DNA of 64,000 bases from a virus, in IMG/VR virus record IMGVR_UViG_3300010165_000001, positions 1 through 64,000 of that record; one strand, 5' to 3'. This document shows, one piece after another, positions 59,841 to 64,000 of this stretch. Positions within the stretch are counted from its first letter, which is position 1, and each line of letters starts with the position of its first letter. The notes under the pieces are model-generated. The model was not told the DNA's origin. It worked only from the letters and a program-made list of their open reading frames with translations, and did no database searches. The translations under genes were made by a program, and so were the position numbers.

Positions 59841-60061
59841 TATTTATCCTCCTTTTTATTTACAATTGCTAAAAGAATAATACTCACACTAGCTAAAAAT
59901 GCTAGTACAATTAAACCTGGTAGGTTTAGTACTGTAGATAAGAATAGTGATAAAGCACTTACTACGTATACTAAACCACATAATACAATTGTAAGTAATA
60001 CAATCGTTACCATTTTAATAAACCAGTTACTATTTAAAAATACATTAGCTAAGTAATTCAT
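59840..60061 (-). CDS. two-TM small membrane protein
   Basis: Hydrophobic ORF. Confidence 0.65.
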   Translation of the reverse strand: MNYLANVFLNSNWFIKMVTIVLLTIVLCGLVYVVSALSLFLSTVLNLPGLIVLAFLASVSIILLAIVNKKEDK

Positions 60062-60072
60062 TTATAGTCATC

Positions 60073-60195
60073 CTATATAATCATCGCCAGCCTCTTGACT
60101 AATTTCGTATTCCCTTTCAATATCTTCTTCTGATTTACCTTGTAATCTTCTGCAACTTCACCATATTCATCAAATAAAAAATCTAAAAGTCCCAT
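60073..60195 (-). CDS. 40-aa ORF (not in track); reading frame uncertain
   Basis: TAATG-coupled ATG 60195; an alternative acidic frame (..EEDIEREYEISQEAGDDYIG*) has no start. Confidence 0.3.
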   Translation of the reverse strand: MGLLDFLFDEYGEVAEDYKVNQKKILKGNTKLVKRLAMII

Positions 60196-60446
60196 TATAA
60201 AACCTCCTCAAAGTCGTAGTCTAAAGCATCTAATACTTCTGTTAATATTAAGTGTTCTTGGTCTAAGCTAACTGTTGTTGTTTTTAAATCATTATCTAAA
60301 ATCTCTGCGTAATAATCTTCTACAAAATCCATTGTAATTGAATGTCCTTCCGAATCCTCAACAGTATAATACCCTTGACTTCCATCTACTTCTAATCCTT
60401 CGTTTTCTAATACTTCAATAATACGGTTTTGTTTTTCTGTAATCAT
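60195..60446 (-). CDS. hypothetical small acidic protein
   Basis: ORF; SD AAAGGAGAG. Confidence 0.65.
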   Translation of the reverse strand: MITEKQNRIIEVLENEGLEVDGSQGYYTVEDSEGHSITMDFVEDYYAEILDNDLKTTTVSLDQEHLILTEVLDALDYDFEEVL

Positions 60447-60475
60447 TTAAATCTCTCCTTTAATTTTATATATTA

Positions 60476-60504
60476 ATTGTACCACGACTCAAAAGTAATG
60501 TCAA
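60476..60504 (-). promoter_or_regulatory. extended -10 promoter
   Basis: TTGACA-17-TGgTACAAT. Confidence 0.7.
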
Positions 60505-60517
60505 TCATTATTTTAAA

Positions 60518-60646
60518 TTATTTTCCACCTTCTTCTGAAAATCTACTTAGTTCTTCAATTTGAGCTTTAAGCTCTTTGTTTTCTTTTCTTAGTTCCTCAT
60601 TCTCTTTGATTAGTGCTTCTTGATAATCTGTATCGTATTTATTCAT
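60518..60646 (-). CDS. 42-aa coiled-coil peptide (not in track)
   Basis: MNKYDTDYQEALIKENEELRKENKELKAQIEELSRFSEEGGK; SD AAGGGGAG. Confidence 0.45.
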   Translation of the reverse strand: MNKYDTDYQEALIKENEELRKENKELKAQIEELSRFSEEGGK

Positions 60647-60658
60647 TTATATCTCCCC

Positions 60659-61171
60659 TTAATCAAATTTTCTCCATTCTTTAATAAAATCTTTATATTC
60701 TTTATCTTCGTGTTCCCAAGTTAAAGTAATCTCACCATCAATATCTCTGTAAAGTTTAGCTTCTATATTACTTGAGTCATAGTATCTACGATAATCCAAA
60801 TCCCTTTTCTTTTCATTTTCATTGAATTCTTCTACATAACCCTTAAGTGTTGTTAATATAGATTTATTAATATTTTCATTTGATTCTAATTCTAGTTTTC
60901 GTTTAGGGACGGAAACATAACTTGCCCAACCTACATAGATAGGTAGTATTGTATAATCTTTATACCCTTTCATATCTAAATTAACAAGTACGTAAACTTG
61001 GAATGGATAAAATTCATCTTCATAATCCTCCCAAATCTCATGAACTTTATCTACAATTGGTTTAGGTTCTTCATTTTCTTTTTGCCTAACAACAAGTCTC
61101 TCAAAGTCTCTGAATGGGCTCGTAATGAGCAATTCATTACCATATACTTTTAAGTCTTCAAAGTTAATCAT
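60659..61171 (-). CDS. hypothetical protein
   Basis: ORF coupled to the upstream gene. Confidence 0.7.
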   Translation of the reverse strand: MINFEDLKVYGNELLITSPFRDFERLVVRQKENEEPKPIVDKVHEIWEDYEDEFYPFQVYVLVNLDMKGYKDYTILPIYVGWASYVSVPKRKLELESNENINKSILTTLKGYVEEFNENEKKRDLDYRRYYDSSNIEAKLYRDIDGEITLTWEHEDKEYKDFIKEWRKFD

Positions 61172-61533
61172 TACAATTCCTCCAATACAGTATTAAGAGT
61201 TTCAAAGAATTCTTCTTCTTGTTTACGTTCATTTAATATATAATCTGATTCTTTTTTAACTTCTTCTTTAATATATTCTACTAACTCTTTAAGTCCTCTT
61301 AGTTCTTTACTATTCACTACAAAATTATAATCACTTATATGGTAAACATCTATATCTACTTTTCTTAAACTTCCTGGAGTATTGTCTGCAAATCCCATAT
61401 ACAAGTATGGTATAGATACATGAAAGTCTATAACTTCCATTTTTTTTCTCACGTTATATAATTCAAATATTCCGATTGTTAATTTTTCTTTGTTTTCTTT
61501 AGACAAAAAATATTTTTCTAATAAATCAATCAT
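61171..61533 (-). CDS. hypothetical protein
   Basis: ORF; SD AAAGGAGGAG. Confidence 0.7.
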   Translation of the reverse strand: MIDLLEKYFLSKENKEKLTIGIFELYNVRKKMEVIDFHVSIPYLYMGFADNTPGSLRKVDIDVYHISDYNFVVNSKELRGLKELVEYIKEEVKKESDYILNERKQEEEFFETLNTVLEEL

Positions 61534-61560
61534 ATTATCTCCTCCTTTATTTCTAATACA

Positions 61561-61599
61561 AGTATATAATAAAAGGAAACCTAAGTCAATAGGTTTCCT
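61561..61599 (-). promoter_or_regulatory. terminator hairpin with -35 box in its loop, fused to promoter
   Basis: AGGAAACCTA/TAGGTTTCCT stem 61574-99, TTGACT (rc 61584-89), TTTTATTA, TATACT (rc 61561-66). Confidence 0.7.
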
Positions 61600-61608
61600 A
61601 AACTTTTT

Positions 61609-64000
61609 TTAAATTTCTTGATATAAATGTTTCTGTTCTTCCACTTGACTAATTGCTTCTTTATATTGCTCTTCATTAATTTTCTTAGATTCAAAGTAAT
61701 CACTTAATTTATCTAATGCTAAATGATATTTAATGTATCCTTGATAGGATTTAAAAGTTTCTATCTCTTCTTCATCATATTCAACAGCATCATTATAGTT
61801 AAATCCTATTTCCATATCTGCATCTATAGGGTATCTTATCTTTTCTCCTTTATAGTCTACAAATAAGAAATCAAAAGGTAAATTCTCCATACAAGTAAGA
61901 ATAACTTTAGACATTGTTTTAACTTCTTCTGGAGGGCAATCTACAACTATACTATCATGTACTGTAGCTACTAATTTACTTCTCATATTTCTTGTTTGAA
62001 TATATTCATCTATATATGTTATTGCCATATTAGTAAAGTAAGCTCCCCCACCTTGAATAACTGTATTAAATGATTGTCTTAAAGCTTCATTCTTTTTCTT
62101 TCTATCTGTACTTTGAGCATCTGCTAAAAATCTTCTATGTCCATTCATTGTTTCTACATAACCATTTTCCTGAACAAAATTATGAACATCATCTATAGAT
62201 TGTTTAACTTTAGGTTTAGTAGCATAATATTTATTAAATATATCTTCTGCTTCATCTACAGTCATATTATTTTTCCCTGCAAACGATTGCGGTGTTTCCC
62301 CATAAGCTAAACCGAAGTTAACAGCTTTACTAGCTTGTCTTTCTTCTTTAGTTACTTCATCTACAGGTTTTTTATACATAATACTTGCAGTAGCTTTATG
62401 AATATCTTCCCCATTTAAAAATGACTCTAACATATTTTCATCTTTAGTATATAGTCCTATAACCCTCATTTCAAGAGAACTATAGTCTGCCATTAGATAA
62501 ATACCATCTTTAAATCTAGATGTATAAGAACGTTTAATTGGGTGCCAATAATCAAAATCACTAACGTTATTTGTATGTGCAGGTTGGTTTTGAAGATTCG
62601 GATTATTACTTGAAAGTCTAGAAGAGGCAGTACCTGTTTCGTTAAAGTTACCATGAACATTACCTGTCTGAGGATTAACTATTTTAGGTAACTTCTTAGT
62701 GAAACTATTTCTCTTAGTTTGAAGACTTGCATAATACTGTAATAATTCAACAAACTCTTTTGTACCTTCATTTACATCTAATTCACCTAAAATATATTTT
62801 AAAGCATTTTTATCAGTTTTATAGTCTGACCAAGATAATTCACTTTCTGGAATATTTGCATTGAAAGGTTTATCTTTTACATACTGTTTGTCATAAGGTA
62901 AATGTAATCCTAAAATATCGTAAAGTATTTCACCTTTATGTTCTCCTGAGCTTGGACTAAACTTCCATCCTCCATCTTTAAACTTAGTTCTATATTCAGC
63001 TAACTCTTTATCTCTATCTTTAGGTGGTTTATTCTCAAATTCTTCTAAACCTTTTTCAAAGAGATTATATCTTATTTCTTCAAACTCAAGTACCGCCCAA
63101 TGTTTTCTCATTTCTTCGTGAGTCTTTTCCATTTCTTCTCTATAAGCCTTATCATTATTTTCCATATAGTCTAGGTCTGTATGGAACCCATTACTTTGTA
63201 TTCTGGCTAATGTTCTTGTTAGTCTTGGGTAATCTTCCTTTAGAAGCCTAAGAACTTTAGGTCTATCTTGCTTCTCTAACTTTCTTAATACTTCACAATA
63301 AATTCTTCGACAAACATCAACGTCTCCACTAGCGTAAGGGTGCATTAGTTCTACAGGGAACCAATCATAACTAAATTTACCTCCATCTACTTCATTAATA
63401 ACATTCTTCTGTTCTCTGAATTTATTAATTAAGTTAATAGCTGTAGTTATTGTGTATTCCTTACCTTTATCAGATAAGTTCATATACTCTTCTGATTCTT
63501 CTAACACATTTTGATTAATGTGTTCTTTTGTTACAACTTCTGGGTTAAGATTTAAGTTAGTGTATTGTTCTTCTAAATCTTTAGTGAAATCAATATTGTC
63601 TTCTATCCACTTCTTATACTCATTCGCTTTAATGCCATATTCTTTTTTAGCTATCTTCTTGTTTTCTTTCTGTATCTCTTTCATTTCTTTATCTAATTCT
63701 TTTAAGAGTTTTGTAATAAACCATACTTTAAAGTTTTCTAATGGCTCATCATACCCTCCCATATCAGTGGCTTCATAAGCTAAATTTGTAAGCCTTAAAG
63801 ACTCACTTGCTTCTTGAGATACTGCTAAATACCAACCTACCTTAGTATCTTCATTACTTTCAAAATCTGTAAATCCTTCAGTAGTCATAAGGAAGTTAAT
63901 ATCATATCTACCGTTATGAAGGACTTTTACATCTTGATTATTAGCTAACCATTCTTTCATTAAACTTAACACTTCATCAATATCTTGTTGTCCATTAGCC
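61609..64000 (-). CDS. family A DNA polymerase (5' end beyond window)
   Basis: Motif A DYSSLEMRV, motif B RQASKAVNFGLAYG, motif C VHDSIVVD; frame stays open past track start 63972 to the window edge. Confidence 0.9.
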   Translation of the reverse strand, partial: ANGQQDIDEVLSLMKEWLANNQDVKVLHNGRYDINFLMTTEGFTDFESNEDTKVGWYLAVSQEASESLRLTNLAYEATDMGGYDEPLENFKVWFITKLLKELDKEMKEIQKENKKIAKKEYGIKANEYKKWIEDNIDFTKDLEEQYTNLNLNPEVVTKEHINQNVLEESEEYMNLSDKGKEYTITTAINLINKFREQKNVINEVDGGKFSYDWFPVELMHPYASGDVDVCRRIYCEVLRKLEKQDRPKVLRLLKEDYPRLTRTLARIQSNGFHTDLDYMENNDKAYREEMEKTHEEMRKHWAVLEFEEIRYNLFEKGLEEFENKPPKDRDKELAEYRTKFKDGGWKFSPSSGEHKGEILYDILGLHLPYDKQYVKDKPFNANIPESELSWSDYKTDKNALKYILGELDVNEGTKEFVELLQYYASLQTKRNSFTKKLPKIVNPQTGNVHGNFNETGTASSRLSSNNPNLQNQPAHTNNVSDFDYWHPIKRSYTSRFKDGIYLMADYSSLEMRVIGLYTKDENMLESFLNGEDIHKATASIMYKKPVDEVTKEERQASKAVNFGLAYGETPQSFAGKNNMTVDEAEDIFNKYYATKPKVKQSIDDVHNFVQENGYVETMNGHRRFLADAQSTDRKKKNEALRQSFNTVIQGGGAYFTNMAITYIDEYIQTRNMRSKLVATVHDSIVVDCPPEEVKTMSKVILTCMENLPFDFLFVDYKGEKIRYPIDADMEIGFNYNDAVEYDEEEIETFKSYQGYIKYHLALDKLSDYFESKKINEEQYKEAISQVEEQKHLYQEI

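Noticed and set aside
29724-63778. Plus-strand track ORFs inside the minus arm: 29724..29939, 32822..33130, 33675..34022, 36654..36839, 37941..38150, 44615..44833, 47179..47394, 50898..51101, 51882..52277, 54824..55033, 55715..55996, 59323..59517, 63024..63251, 63518..63778; also the minus-strand ORF 31574..31798 opposite the plus-strand gene 31492..31773
   Set aside because: These are shadow ORFs opposite genes with recognisable domains or good SD sites. They have no SD or promoter of their own, and their translations are compositionally junk-like.
61609-64000. Group I intron or intein interrupting the DNA polymerase gene, as occurs in some SPO1/Twort-like phages
   Set aside because: The reading frame is continuous through motifs A, B and C, with no inserted endonuclease ORF or structured gap in the part visible here.
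1-64000. Prophage or integrative-element interpretation
   Set aside because: There is no integrase, repressor/antirepressor switch or att-like flank. The gene content and the strong early promoter arrays fit a strictly lytic large phage.

Overview
Visibly AT-rich 64-kb segment of a large virulent phage of a low-GC Gram-positive host. AGGAGG-type Shine-Dalgarno sites and TTGACA-17-TATAAT sigma-A promoters occur throughout. Gene content resembles SPO1/Twort-like myoviruses: family A DNA polymerase, RecA/UvsX-like recombinase with gp32-like and UvsY-like neighbours, a phage sigma factor, FN3/Big_2 proteins, PhoH, RNase H, MazG, nucleoside 2-deoxyribosyltransferase, an Mre11-like phosphoesterase, four free-standing homing-endonuclease-like genes and one tRNA. 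No integrase, CRISPR array or rRNA was seen. Layout: a plus-strand arm (1-24206) and a minus-strand arm (24814-64000) converge on a junction with almost no ORFs (24.2-24.95 kb). The distal 6-7 kb of the minus arm (25.4-31.9 kb) is a hyperplastic early region. It holds at least 18 consensus promoters, recycled promoter/leader cassettes, promoters with no gene, a 20-22-nt A/T motif repeated 13 times, a 16-bp tandem array of about 15 units, and a 1.4-kb ORF-free block crossed by convergent consensus promoters (candidate sRNAs). Other notable points: (1) terminator hairpins that carry the next promoter's -35 box in their loop; (2) an SD-sequestering terminator with an internal promoter; (3) ~109-bp direct repeats flanking a collagen-like/phosphodiester-glycosidase fibre cassette; (4) a Lar-type anti-restriction cassette bounded by perfect 20-bp repeats next to an HNH gene; (5) an in-frame TGA at a conserved Cys position; (6) a candidate -1 frameshift site. 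All coordinates and counts were made by eye from the sequence. Protein family calls rest on remembered motifs, not searches.
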